A DNA stretch of 64,000 nucleotides from Candidatus Berkelbacteria bacterium. Lineage in GTDB: Bacteria; Patescibacteriota; UBA1384; 2-12-FULL-50-11. The position numbers and the translations under genes were made by a program. The notes under the pieces are model-generated. The model made no database searches. It was not told the DNA's origin and was given only the letters and a program-made list of their open reading frames with translations. The number at the start of each line of letters is the position of its first letter. Position 1 is the stretch's first letter. The stretch spans positions 215,363 to 279,362 of the forward strand of contig CP066697.1 of assembly GCA_016432625.1 (NCBI GenBank), written 5' to 3'. This document shows, piece by piece, positions 9,585-18,635 of the stretch.

Positions 9585-10682
9585 TTAGGCTTTAAAGACT
9601 GAGGCGGGGTTAATCACCAGTAACCGCTTCAGTGGCATAAACGAGGCGATAATAGCCATCCCGACCACGGCGGCAAATACTAAAATGACCTGTCCGCCAC
9701 TAACTTCGTACAAAAATCCGCTAGCAATATTAGTGGCGGCGATCGCAAAAAGTGGCGCTAGTATCGCTCCCACAACAAAACCAATCGCTCCGGCTGTAAC
9801 TGATTGAATCAGTCCGATGCCGTATATTTGGGCGCCAGTGTAGCCGAGGGCTTTTAGGACCCCATACTCCCGACTTTTCTCGATGGTAGCGGTAAAGATA
9901 GTTAAGCCGATGACTGCTATGCCAATTAGAACAGCGATAATTAGCAGAACCTTAATGATGGGTAGGAATGTTTCAGTGAGAATAGATTTGTTGTTTTCCA
10001 GAAACTCAGTCTTCGTCATAACTTTGTAGTCGGGAAATTGCTTGGCGATATCAATCGTGGCCTGGTCGGGATCGGGTGTCTGTACGAGGTAGTAATTTAC
10101 TAGCCCATCTAGATCAAGGATGTTTTTAACGTCCGCCCGGTTAACCAGAGCGAAGGTGTAGGCGAGAATGTTACCGCCGCTAATAATCCCCGATACTTTG
10201 ACTGTGGTTTTGGCCACTTCAAAAGTGTCACCGATTTTAAGTCCGGTTTGACGGGCTAATACTTGATCGATAGCGATCTCGCCTAGTGCCGGGTCGTCTG
10301 TGCCTTCGACAAGCTCGTAACTCTTTATGAAGCGATCCTCGTCAACACCAACAACGAAAATATGAACGTCTTGGCCGTCAATTGTTGTCCCAACCTGGCG
10401 GCCGACAAATGTTGATACCCGAGTAACAGACCCTAGCTTAGAAACGTCTTCCGATCGGACCGCTTGGATAATTGAGATGCTATGGCTGAGATCACCACTG
10501 CCGGCCTGACCGACCCAGAGGTCGGCGGGGATATTGCCCGTGAACCTTGTCATTTGTTTTTCCCAACCGCTATATAACCCGAGTAGTATCAAGATCAGAA
10601 TCACCGAGAAGGTGACGCCACCTATAGTGATCAACAGCCGGCCTCTTTCGCCGAAAAGGTTCCTTAGCGCGATGAGAAACAT
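9585..10682 (-). CDS. ABC transporter permease (MacB/FtsX family)
   Basis: ALRNL N-terminus, extracytoplasmic domain, EKSREYGVLKALG motif, C-terminal TM helices. Confidence 0.9.
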   Translation of the reverse strand: MFLIALRNLFGERGRLLITIGGVTFSVILILILLGLYSGWEKQMTRFTGNIPADLWVGQAGSGDLSHSISIIQAVRSEDVSKLGSVTRVSTFVGRQVGTTIDGQDVHIFVVGVDEDRFIKSYELVEGTDDPALGEIAIDQVLARQTGLKIGDTFEVAKTTVKVSGIISGGNILAYTFALVNRADVKNILDLDGLVNYYLVQTPDPDQATIDIAKQFPDYKVMTKTEFLENNKSILTETFLPIIKVLLIIAVLIGIAVIGLTIFTATIEKSREYGVLKALGYTGAQIYGIGLIQSVTAGAIGFVVGAILAPLFAIAATNIASGFLYEVSGGQVILVFAAVVGMAIIASFMPLKRLLVINPASVFKA

Positions 10683-10710
10683 ATGTTTACAGTAGTCCCC
10701 GAATAGTTAT

Positions 10711-10739
10711 TTGACAATCCCCCCAGGGGGGACTAGACT
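10711..10739 (+). promoter_or_regulatory. Promoter TTGACA-N17-TAGACT with CsoR-type palindrome TCCCCCC-A-GGGGGGA in the spacer
   Basis: -35 at 10711-10716, palindrome 10718-10732, -10 at 10734-10739; C-tract/G-tract operators are typical of CsoR/RicR. Confidence 0.75.
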
Positions 10740-10746
10740 CGGGTTG

Positions 10747-10875
10747 ATGGAAATTTGCGACTGCCCAACAGTTTCGCAGGTTAGGACATACAGAGTCCTT
10801 GTTGGGCTGGCTATAATAGGATCCCTTCTGTCGTACCTCGGTAGTCAGGTCGCCGTATTATTGCTGGCGCAATGA
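10747..10875 (+). CDS. 42-aa membrane peptide with CxC (MEICDCPTVSQVRTYRVLVGLAIIGSLLSYLGSQVAVLLLAQ), not in ORF track
   Basis: ATG 7 nt after the -10 box; ATGA overlap with the next gene; hydrophobic C-terminal half. Confidence 0.6.
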   Translation: MEICDCPTVSQVRTYRVLVGLAIIGSLLSYLGSQVAVLLLAQ

Positions 10876-11747
10876 CCCTGACTTTGTTTATCTTTTCGCT
10901 AACGAGTGCGTTTCTAAGTGGCTTATTGGCATTATTTGCCCCTTGCTGTATCACGTTTCTATTACCTTCCTACTTTGCTTCCGTTTTCCAGAGAAAGAGC
11001 AATATCATCTTTATGACCTTAATATTTTTCTTAGGGTTAACGACAATCCTTCTGCCGATTAGCCTAGGTGCAGCTTGGCTTTCTGGTCTATTCACTGGTT
11101 ATCACACTGCCATTTTTATCGTAGGTGGGTTACTTTTGATCGCCTATGGAATAATGTCCTTCTTCGGTAAGACGGTAATGATTCCACTTCATTACACTCC
11201 AGATTTGAAGCGATCCAGAGGTGTTTTCGGAACGTATCTTCTGGGTATATTCTCGGGCATAGCCAGCTCCTGCTGCGCGCCAGTTTTGGCTGGTTTGCTT
11301 ACCCTGTCGGCCTTATCGGCCACGCTACCGGTCGCTACACTAATCGGCCTCACTTACGTCTTAGGAATGACATTGCCGTTATTTATCCTGTCGCTCGTTT
11401 GGGATGCGAAAAAGATTGGGCAATCGAAATTTTTCAGGGGACGTCCAATCCGCTTCCAGCTTGGCGGTTGGCGGCATGTTGTTCATTCAACCCACCTATT
11501 GGTTAGCATTCTTTTTATCGCTATTGGCGGCTTCATTCTCTACAGCGCAGCAAACGGCGAATCGGCGGTTGCTGCGCCCTGGCAGATAAGACTTAATGCT
11601 AACTTCCAGGGGGCAATTCAAGACTTTGCCAACTTTGCCGCACGTTACCCGCTCCTTAGCTTGACGGCCTTTATATTGCTTATTACCGGCTGGGTGTTGT
11701 TAGTGCGAAAAGCCACAACGGCGTCAAAGGAGAAAAATGAAGCATAG
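10872..11747 (+). CDS. CcdA/DsbD-type transmembrane electron transfer protein
   Basis: FAPCCITFLLPSY and SSCCAPVL motifs in a multi-TM protein. Confidence 0.85.
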   Translation: MTLTLFIFSLTSAFLSGLLALFAPCCITFLLPSYFASVFQRKSNIIFMTLIFFLGLTTILLPISLGAAWLSGLFTGYHTAIFIVGGLLLIAYGIMSFFGKTVMIPLHYTPDLKRSRGVFGTYLLGIFSGIASSCCAPVLAGLLTLSALSATLPVATLIGLTYVLGMTLPLFILSLVWDAKKIGQSKFFRGRPIRFQLGGWRHVVHSTHLLVSILFIAIGGFILYSAANGESAVAAPWQIRLNANFQGAIQDFANFAARYPLLSLTAFILLITGWVLLVRKATTASKEKNEA

Positions 11748-12330
11748 CGGAAAGAGTAGCGATCTCTTGTTTACTATTGGTGTAATCGTGGCGGTGGGCA
11801 TCGTCTTGACGGGGATCGTTATCTTTTCTAACGGCAGACCTTCTACCCCCCTTGCGAAGACTGGTTCGCTTAAGATAGGCGATTCGGCTCCAAGCTTTGA
11901 ACTTGCTTCGGCAACGGGTGGAAAGGTCACCTTGAATCAGTATGACGGCAAACCGGTGCTGTTGTACTTTAACGAAGGTGTTGGATGCCAGCCGTGCTGG
12001 AAACAGATTATCGACCTTGAAAACAATGAGAGCTTTAGCTCCCTCAAGATTCCAATGGTGGCAATTGCACCTAACGACCCGAGCGATTGGAGTCCGGTAG
12101 TCTCAAATAACCCTATGCAAACGCCGATCTTGGCCGACATTGAGAATGCCGTTTCAAAGTCCTATGGCATGTTGACCATGAAGTCGTCTATGCACAAGGG
12201 CGTCAACCCAGGCCACACCTTTATCCTGCTTGATGCAGAGCATAAGGTAACCTGGATCGGCGACTACCCGGGAATGAACATGACCGCTTCTGAAATAGTA
12301 ACTGTCATTAAGGACAAGATACGAGGTTGA
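11737..12330 (+). CDS. Membrane-anchored AhpC/TSA thioredoxin-fold redoxin
   Basis: GDSAPSFEL, GKPVLLYF, CQPC; N-terminal TM. Confidence 0.85.
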   Translation: MKHSGKSSDLLFTIGVIVAVGIVLTGIVIFSNGRPSTPLAKTGSLKIGDSAPSFELASATGGKVTLNQYDGKPVLLYFNEGVGCQPCWKQIIDLENNESFSSLKIPMVAIAPNDPSDWSPVVSNNPMQTPILADIENAVSKSYGMLTMKSSMHKGVNPGHTFILLDAEHKVTWIGDYPGMNMTASEIVTVIKDKIRG

Positions 12331-12404
12331 CGGTTTGGGGGCGACGGCTAATTTTAGTCAATGAATTAGTGTGACTCTGTTTAGGAGGAGGTAGCGCACT
12401 TCCA

Positions 12405-13577
12405 CTACGGGTAAATATATGTTGGAGTGCCGTAAAGCAACGCGTTAACATTGCGCCTTTCGCCATATCCACGTGGTACTAGCCAGTTGTATTCCGAAAC
12501 GTTAATTGTTCCGTCGCTATTAACTTTCTCTACCCAGGCTGTATGGCCGTAAGGGCGGTTCTCGCCAATTGGCCAGGAAACCACTGCCCCAACCCTGGGC
12601 GTTGAAGATGTTTTATAACCTTGGTCACGAGCGAGCGCTGGCCAGTTCCAACCACTGCCGGACCCAGGTCGCGTGTTCATAAACGGCTGACCGTAGGTAA
12701 CAAGCCACTTCCAGGCAGTATATGAAACGCATTGCCTTTTAATGAATAGCCACGGGTCAGCCGCCGCAGGGTTTGGTTCATCCGCGTACGGATAGGCGCT
12801 CGTCGCGCCCTGATTTATATTTTCCGAACCAGCCTGTCGTCGCCGAGCTTCATAAATGGACTGGCTTAGCGTTTCGTGTTCAGTGGCTAATTTTTTCAAT
12901 GAGTCTTCGTAGCGGTCTTGCTGCTCTTGGTTCAGGTTCAGCAGCAAACTTTGCTGTTGTTGCTGACTCGCTAATACGGCTTTATCATTTGATAATAGGC
13001 TCTCGACTTCTTCCAGCTGTTGTTGAAGAGCTACCTGCGAAGCTTTTTTGGCTAGTAGTTCCTGTTTAAGAGCACTTAACTTTTGTCCATCCTGCATTAA
13101 TTGCTGCTGTATAGATTCTAGATAGTTTATGCGCGTCGTGTATTCACCTATGCTTTCAGACGTCAACATAATCACTTTCGAGGTCGTCAGGGTCTCGTAA
13201 AGTAATATGTAAAGACGCCGAGTAGAGCCGTCGAGTTTGGCAATATCTTTCTCGGTTTTCTCGACCTCTCCGTCGATCCTTTCTATCTCTAATTTGGCAA
13301 TATTAAGTGTTCTCCTAGTCGTATCGAGTCGTCCTTGAGTGGAGGCGATGTCCTGCGTGAGCGCGTTTAGCGTCTGCTGCAACGTAAGTTCGACCTTCCG
13401 GCTCTGGTTAAGCCTTTGTTGGTTCTGCTGCTGTTGTTTCTCTACTTCTCTTTGTCGTTTCAAGAGCTCGTTTAATGAAACAGCTTGGGCAGATAGTGGA
13501 GCAGATAGTAAGGTGATTACTAACGCCAGAAAACCAACCGACTTAACAAATATTCGCTTCCCCCTCCTTGGAGGCAT
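12405..13577 (-). CDS. Secreted coiled-coil + CHAP peptidoglycan hydrolase (PcsB/CwlO-like)
   Basis: Signal peptide, long coiled coil, RQCVSY...YGHTAWVE...VSEYNW. Confidence 0.9.
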   Translation of the reverse strand: MPPRRGKRIFVKSVGFLALVITLLSAPLSAQAVSLNELLKRQREVEKQQQQNQQRLNQSRKVELTLQQTLNALTQDIASTQGRLDTTRRTLNIAKLEIERIDGEVEKTEKDIAKLDGSTRRLYILLYETLTTSKVIMLTSESIGEYTTRINYLESIQQQLMQDGQKLSALKQELLAKKASQVALQQQLEEVESLLSNDKAVLASQQQQQSLLLNLNQEQQDRYEDSLKKLATEHETLSQSIYEARRRQAGSENINQGATSAYPYADEPNPAAADPWLFIKRQCVSYTAWKWLVTYGQPFMNTRPGSGSGWNWPALARDQGYKTSSTPRVGAVVSWPIGENRPYGHTAWVEKVNSDGTINVSEYNWLVPRGYGERRNVNALLYGTPTYIYP

Positions 13578-13837
13578 TAGTTTTGAGAAAGGTGGTAGAG
13601 GTGTGATAGCTCATTAATAGCCTTGCTGTCCTCACCACTGACAAACTGATCTTTCACGCAGGTAGCCAGATGTTTCTTAAGCAACTCCTGGTTCAAGCTT
13701 TTAAGACTCTTCTGGATCGCTAGGCTTTGTGTCATAAGTTCGATGCAGTACCGGTCTTCCGCTACCATCTTCTGCAGTTTCAGGATATGCCCCTGAATAA
13801 TTTTTATTCGATGTCTAATTCGTTCGTCTTGTGTCAT
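13577..13837 (-). CDS. csoR: CsoR/RcnR-family metal-sensing repressor
   Basis: RIKIIQGHI...DRYC...HLATCV (Cys, His, Cys ligands); start moved to MTQDER because the track start lies across the operator. Confidence 0.85.
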   Translation of the reverse strand: MTQDERIRHRIKIIQGHILKLQKMVAEDRYCIELMTQSLAIQKSLKSLNQELLKKHLATCVKDQFVSGEDSKAINELSHLYHLSQN

Positions 13838-13850
13838 GAGTATATTTATA

Positions 13851-13868
13851 ATCCCCCTATAGGGGATA
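13851..13868. promoter_or_regulatory. CsoR/RicR-type operator ATCCCCCTATAGGGGATA
   Basis: C-tract-TATA-G-tract palindrome 14 nt upstream of the csoR start, between divergent genes. Confidence 0.75.
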
Positions 13869-13919
13869 GTCAATTCCTTTTTGTTGTGAGACTATGAGTT
13901 CAATAAGAAAGGGGCTTAG

Positions 13920-14060
13920 ATGATGGGAATGAACGCGGATATGATGAGCGGCGGGCTGGGGGGCGGCATGATGGTATTTGGGTGGCTTCTTTACCTACTG
14001 TTCGTTGTGGCTCTTGTTTTGTCGGCAATTGCGCTAGGCAAGTACATCGGCAAGAATTAG
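13920..14060 (+). CDS. 46-aa Met/Gly-rich membrane peptide (MMGMNADMMSGGLGGGMMVFGWLLYLLFVVALVLSAIALGKYIGKN), not in ORF track
   Basis: AGAAAGGGG RBS-like site; 7 Met in the first 18 residues; one TM helix. Confidence 0.75.
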   Translation: MMGMNADMMSGGLGGGMMVFGWLLYLLFVVALVLSAIALGKYIGKN

Positions 14061-14122
14061 GGCAGCAAGGGGCCGTGGTTTCCCGGTAGGGGCAAGAGAG
14101 CCTCGCGTGTTAAAGTGAGTAT

Positions 14123-14671
14123 ATGCATCATCGGTGGAGATATCCGAACATCACCCTACTATTTATCAGCTTGGCCGTGACGGTTTTTCTGCTCAATAAC
14201 GGCTGGTTGGGGCATCTGAAAGATGGTTTTGAATCTATAGGCTATCTCGGCGTTTTTGTTGCTGGGTTCTTATTTGTCTCTACATTCACAATCGCGCCAG
14301 CGGCCGCTATTCTCTTTGAATTTGCGCAAAACCTCGAGCCAATATTCGTGGCTCTTATTGGTGGCGTTGGCGCGGCGATAGGCGATTACCTCGCCTACAG
14401 ATTCATTAGAGACCGACTGTTTGCCGAGCTTAACCCTCTTCTCAAAGCCCTTCATTTATATCGGCGGATCGACATCCTTCATACGAAGTATTTTGCTTGG
14501 TTGGCGCCGGTAATCGGCGCAGCGATAGTCGCCTCACCGTTACCTGACGAGATTGGTCTTAGCTTGCTTGGTTTGAAAAAGATCGCTTTCAGCCGCTTTA
14601 TCGCCTTGGCCTTCCTGCTCAACGCTTTAGGGATATATGTCATTGCGATTGCTGCTAATTCAGCCCCCTGA
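14123..14671 (+). CDS. VTT/SNARE-associated-like membrane protein
   Basis: Multi-TM; GAAIGDYLAY and SPLPDE motifs. Confidence 0.7.
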   Translation: MHHRWRYPNITLLFISLAVTVFLLNNGWLGHLKDGFESIGYLGVFVAGFLFVSTFTIAPAAAILFEFAQNLEPIFVALIGGVGAAIGDYLAYRFIRDRLFAELNPLLKALHLYRRIDILHTKYFAWLAPVIGAAIVASPLPDEIGLSLLGLKKIAFSRFIALAFLLNALGIYVIAIAANSAP

Positions 14672-14692
14672 ACTTCGTGGTAGGATGTAACC

Positions 14693-15169
14693 ATGAAAAT
14701 ACTTGGGCAGGTCATTGTTGTCTTGTTGGTTGTCGGGGGAATAGTTATTTACAGCAATCGCTCTGGTGATAGCGGAGCTTCTCCAGGTCCGCAAACACAG
14801 TCCGAATCTTCGACGGCAGATCCGTCGCTCGGCGGGTCAACTGACCCTTCTGTAGCTAAAACTCCCGGCGCGTACGTCGATTACTCGGACTCGGTCATCG
14901 CAAGCACCAGTGGAACCAAGATACTTTTCTTTCATGCTCCTTGGTGTCCGCAATGCCGGACACTAGACGCTGATATTAGAAAGAGTAACGTTCCGGCGGG
15001 AGTGACAATAATTAAAACGGACTACGATACTAACCAGGCGCTTCGGCAAAAATACGGCGTGACGATCCAAACGACCTTAGTTAGGGTTGACGACGCCGGT
15101 AACCTGGTCAAGAAATATGTCGCTTACGATGAACCCACCTTTGCCGCCGTCAGTAGTAACCTGCTTTAG
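14693..15169 (+). CDS. Membrane-anchored thioredoxin
   Basis: FFHAPWCPQC, KYGVT; N-terminal TM and Ser/Pro linker. Confidence 0.9.
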   Translation: MKILGQVIVVLLVVGGIVIYSNRSGDSGASPGPQTQSESSTADPSLGGSTDPSVAKTPGAYVDYSDSVIASTSGTKILFFHAPWCPQCRTLDADIRKSNVPAGVTIIKTDYDTNQALRQKYGVTIQTTLVRVDDAGNLVKKYVAYDEPTFAAVSSNLL

Positions 15170-15171
15170 AA

Positions 15172-15894
15172 ATGGTGTTACTTTATGCCTCGTTTGTCGC
15201 TGGTTTCCTTACCGTCTTGGCGCCGTGCATCTTGCCGGTTTTGCCGGTGGTTTTAGCCGGATCGGTAACAGAAAGCCGACGCACGAAACGTATTGTAACG
15301 ATTATTTTTGGCTTGACGATTTCAGTTGTTGTTTTCTCGTTACTCTTGAAAGCGACAACTAGCCTGCTCGGAATTCCACAAATTGTTTGGCAGCTAATTT
15401 CTGGCGGGATACTAATTCTCTTCGGAGTGGTCAGTCTCTATCCAGGGCTTTGGGAAAAAGTCTCGGCACCGCTCGGCGCTAAGGCGGGTGAGTCGTTGCA
15501 GACCAGTAGAACCAAATCTGGTCTTTGGGGGGATTTATTCCTTGGAGCAGCGCTGGGGCCGGTCTTCAACAGCTGTAGCCCGACATACGCCTTAATAGTC
15601 GCGGCGATTTTGCCTGTTTCGTTCGGGCGTGGACTTACTTATTTGGTATCTTACGCGATCGGTCTGGCCGTGGCGCTACTTTTAATCGCCTTCCTTGGCC
15701 GGGCACTAGTTAGCAAACTTGGCTGGGCTGCCAACCCAACAGGCTGGTTTCATAAAGTAATTGGCGTGTTACTAATAGTGATTGGGCTGGCTGTCATCTT
15801 TGGCGCCGACAAGAAGTTTCAAACCTATGTGCTTGATCGGGGCTACTATCAACCGATAATAAACTTAGAAGAACAACTTCGTTTACCGAAGTAA
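15172..15894 (+). CDS. CcdA-type membrane protein
   Basis: LAPCILPVLP and SCSP motifs; about 6 TM. Confidence 0.88.
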   Translation: MVLLYASFVAGFLTVLAPCILPVLPVVLAGSVTESRRTKRIVTIIFGLTISVVVFSLLLKATTSLLGIPQIVWQLISGGILILFGVVSLYPGLWEKVSAPLGAKAGESLQTSRTKSGLWGDLFLGAALGPVFNSCSPTYALIVAAILPVSFGRGLTYLVSYAIGLAVALLLIAFLGRALVSKLGWAANPTGWFHKVIGVLLIVIGLAVIFGADKKFQTYVLDRGYYQPIINLEEQLRLPK

Positions 15895-16058
15895 TTCATT
15901 CTCTAAACTACCCCATCAAGCTTGGTCGTCTGAACGCTTACCTCAGTTATTTAAGATAACTATGTGTGCCCGAAATAAAGCACACTTAGGGCGATACTTG
16001 AAAAGTTAGTAGATCTAACGCACTCTGGGGCTACGGTTTTGTACCGAAGGAGGCTCAC

Positions 16059-16712
16059 GTGTATGTGAATCAAAGCGAGCGACGCATCATGATGCTTTGC
16101 GAGCAGCATGACATCATTTCGCGTGGCCACTTCAAGATTAAGGGGTTCCACAGCGACATTTTCATTGATCTTGAACGAGCGTTGTCACTTGCGCCCGTTC
16201 GCGACGAGTTCTGCGAAGCGATCACCCAAAACTGCTTGGATCGCAGCACCGACAACAGCGGTAGGCACGATACCAGTATCGATATCGTCATTGGTATCGG
16301 CAGGCGTGGGCTGACTATCGCCGATGCTGTCGCCAACCAGCTTAGGGCGTTGACGCATCGCCAGGTAATATCGCTTGAGGCGATAAAAGAAGACGGGATG
16401 GTTGCGTTGCCGATTAGCGGACGACGACTGATTCGTGGTCGGAACGTGTTGACAGTGATGGATATCGTCCGAACGGGGAGCACTGCTGCGAAGGCGGCCG
16501 ATTTGATTACGTCGAACGGTGGCAATAACTGTGGTTTGTCAGCCTTTTTCCGCCGAGGGGAATTGGCGGATTACGACGGCCACGGACGGCGGCCGTTCGT
16601 CATTTGCAACCCGAGCTTCGAGCTCTGGACGACCGCATGTCCCAAGTGTCAACAAGGAATTCCTTTGGACCCAATACCTAGATCTCGTGAGCAACTTGCT
16701 CTCGAGTTCTGA
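16059..16712 (+). CDS. Divergent type I phosphoribosyltransferase (PyrE-like)
   Basis: GHFK...HSDIFID, PRPP loop VMDIVRTGST, C-terminal CPKC; AGGAGG RBS. Confidence 0.65.
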   Translation: MYVNQSERRIMMLCEQHDIISRGHFKIKGFHSDIFIDLERALSLAPVRDEFCEAITQNCLDRSTDNSGRHDTSIDIVIGIGRRGLTIADAVANQLRALTHRQVISLEAIKEDGMVALPISGRRLIRGRNVLTVMDIVRTGSTAAKAADLITSNGGNNCGLSAFFRRGELADYDGHGRRPFVICNPSFELWTTACPKCQQGIPLDPIPRSREQLALEF

Positions 16713-16715
16713 AAC

Positions 16716-16743
16716 TGGCCCGCGCGCAAAAACGCGCGGGCCA
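16716..16743. terminator. GC-rich hairpin
   Basis: tggcccgcgcg-caaaaa-cgcgcgggcca directly after the stop; no U-tract on +. Confidence 0.55.
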
Positions 16744-16786
16744 AATCTTATAAACACAGACAATGCCCTTCTGGTACTATTAAGTT

Positions 16787-17041
16787 ATGGCGCTCGACAA
16801 AACCGAAAAAGAGGGAATGGAGAATCTAGACCGGTTGGTTCGAGCGATCGATAAAGCCTATCACCACCCTGGCCCGCTCGTCTGGCGGGGTTTTATGATT
16901 GGTCTTGCGTCGGGATTAGGCGCGACAATCGGCGTTGCCGTGGTGCTAGCGATACTAGGTTTCTTGGTTAGAGAACTCGGCGGCCTGCCTTTTATCGGTG
17001 AGTGGATTCAAGGCGTTGGTAACACTATTAATCGTTACTAA
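16787..17041 (+). CDS. Small membrane protein (DUF5665-like)
   Basis: WRGFMIGLASGLGATIG...LPFIGEW. Confidence 0.65.
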   Translation: MALDKTEKEGMENLDRLVRAIDKAYHHPGPLVWRGFMIGLASGLGATIGVAVVLAILGFLVRELGGLPFIGEWIQGVGNTINRY

Positions 17042-17646
17042 CGTTTCTGGTGAGCTCTCAAGAGAGAAAGAGCGCCTGGTAGTACTGAAAGTAAGATAAC
17101 GATAATTATGAACGGCAGAATATATTTGTCGACGTTTGGTATAAGTCCGCCAATGTAATACGCCGACAAACCTAGGCCGAAAACCCAGAGCAACGCACCG
17201 ATAATATTGTAGGAGAAAAATGTTGTGTAGTTCATGTTACCGACACCGGCGAGAATTGGGGCAACGGTTCGTACCATCGGCACGAATCTGGCAAGCACGA
17301 TTGTCATCGGTCCGTATCGCGCATAGAATTTCTCGCTGCGTTCGATGTGTTTTCGGTCAAAGAGGAGAGACTTCTCTTTGTTAAATAATTGACGACCGTA
17401 GCGGCTACCAAGATAGTAGCCAAGATTATTACCGATAACAGCGGCTAGAAACATCAGTAACAAGAGAACCCAGATATTAAAAATACCTTGAGATGCAAGC
17501 AGGGCGGCAGCGATAATAAAACTATCGCCGGGAAGAAAGAATATTATGCTCGATTCAGCAAAAATGATTCCGAAAGCCAATAAGTACGCGACAACTGTCC
17601 CGGTGGTCGTAAATAGTGCCTTGACGTCGAAACCTAAAATATCCAT
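17038..17646 (-). CDS. DedA family membrane protein
   Basis: FAES..FFLPGDS, GNNLGY, ARFVPMVRT; start MDILGF (the track extension runs into tRNA-Lys). Confidence 0.9.
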   Translation of the reverse strand: MDILGFDVKALFTTTGTVVAYLLAFGIIFAESSIIFFLPGDSFIIAAALLASQGIFNIWVLLLLMFLAAVIGNNLGYYLGSRYGRQLFNKEKSLLFDRKHIERSEKFYARYGPMTIVLARFVPMVRTVAPILAGVGNMNYTTFFSYNIIGALLWVFGLGLSAYYIGGLIPNVDKYILPFIIIVILLSVLPGALSLLRAHQKR

Positions 17647-17647
17647 G

Positions 17648-17719
17648 TGGGCCATGCTGGAATCGAACCAGCGACACACGGATTAAGAGTCCGTTGTTCT
17701 ACCGCTGAACTAATGGCCC
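17648..17719 (-). tRNA. tRNA-Lys(CTT)
   Basis: GGGCCATTAGTTCAGCGGTAGAAC...CTCTTAA...GTTCGATTCCAGCATGGCCCA. Confidence 0.95.
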
Positions 17720-17813
17720 GGTGAGCTAAATTATATCTTATAACCGAGAAGCAAAATAGATTCCGGGTGGATGTTCTTTACCTTGAGAAGAAGCCCGGGG
17801 AGCTTCTTAAAGC

Positions 17814-18488
17814 CTAAATCTGTTTGTATTCGCCCGGCTTTAAGTCGCCCAGTTCGTACTGTCCGACCCTAATTCTGGTTAAATTGACCACTTCGATTCC
17901 GACGGCTGCACAAATTCGGCGCACCAGGTGATTACGGCCTTCGTGGATTGTAACCAAAAAACTTAAAGTATCCTTCTTCATCTTAATTAACTTCAGCTCA
18001 TCGAGGGTGACCGGGCCGTCCTTGAGGATAATCTTGTCTTGCTCGAGCTCGGTCAGTGCCGCTTTTGGTGTTTTAGTCGTGCCCTCAACGATATACTCCT
18101 TCTGGTGTTCAAACTTTGGGTGAGTCAGCTGGTAGCACAAATTGCCATCGTTTGTCAGGATAACGAGCCCCATAGTATCGTAGTCCAGCCGTCCGCATGG
18201 GAAGACCCGCGGGGTGTTTGGAACAAAATCCAAGACGGTTTTACGTCCTTCTGGGTCGTCGGCAGTTGTTACTACGCCCTTAGGTTTATTAAAAAGGTAG
18301 ATGACTTTCTTTGCAGAGGATTCAAGTCTCTGACCGTCGAGCGTAACCTTGTCTTTGTCTGGGTCTACCTTGGTGCCAAGCTCGCGAACTGTCTTGCCGT
18401 TGATCTGCACTTTACCGGCGGTTATGAGCTCATCTGCACCCCTTCGAGAACTGACGCCGCAGGAAGCTAGGAATTTATTTAATCTCAT
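17814..18488 (-). CDS. rRNA pseudouridine synthase, RsuA/RluB family
   Basis: MRLNKFLA..GVSSRR S4 domain, GRLDYDT, EGRNH.VRR. Confidence 0.93.
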   Translation of the reverse strand: MRLNKFLASCGVSSRRGADELITAGKVQINGKTVRELGTKVDPDKDKVTLDGQRLESSAKKVIYLFNKPKGVVTTADDPEGRKTVLDFVPNTPRVFPCGRLDYDTMGLVILTNDGNLCYQLTHPKFEHQKEYIVEGTTKTPKAALTELEQDKIILKDGPVTLDELKLIKMKKDTLSFLVTIHEGRNHLVRRICAAVGIEVVNLTRIRVGQYELGDLKPGEYKQI

Positions 18489-18635
18489 TTGTGTGATCGA
18501 TTTATTTTTATTAAATGACACCAGCTAGAATCTGTTTGGAAAGCCGGTGGCTTATTGAGTCGCATGCGTGACAAAAGGATACCTTAAAAACCCACCAAGT
18601 GGTAAGATGCTTCCTAGCTTAAACCTTACCTAGAA

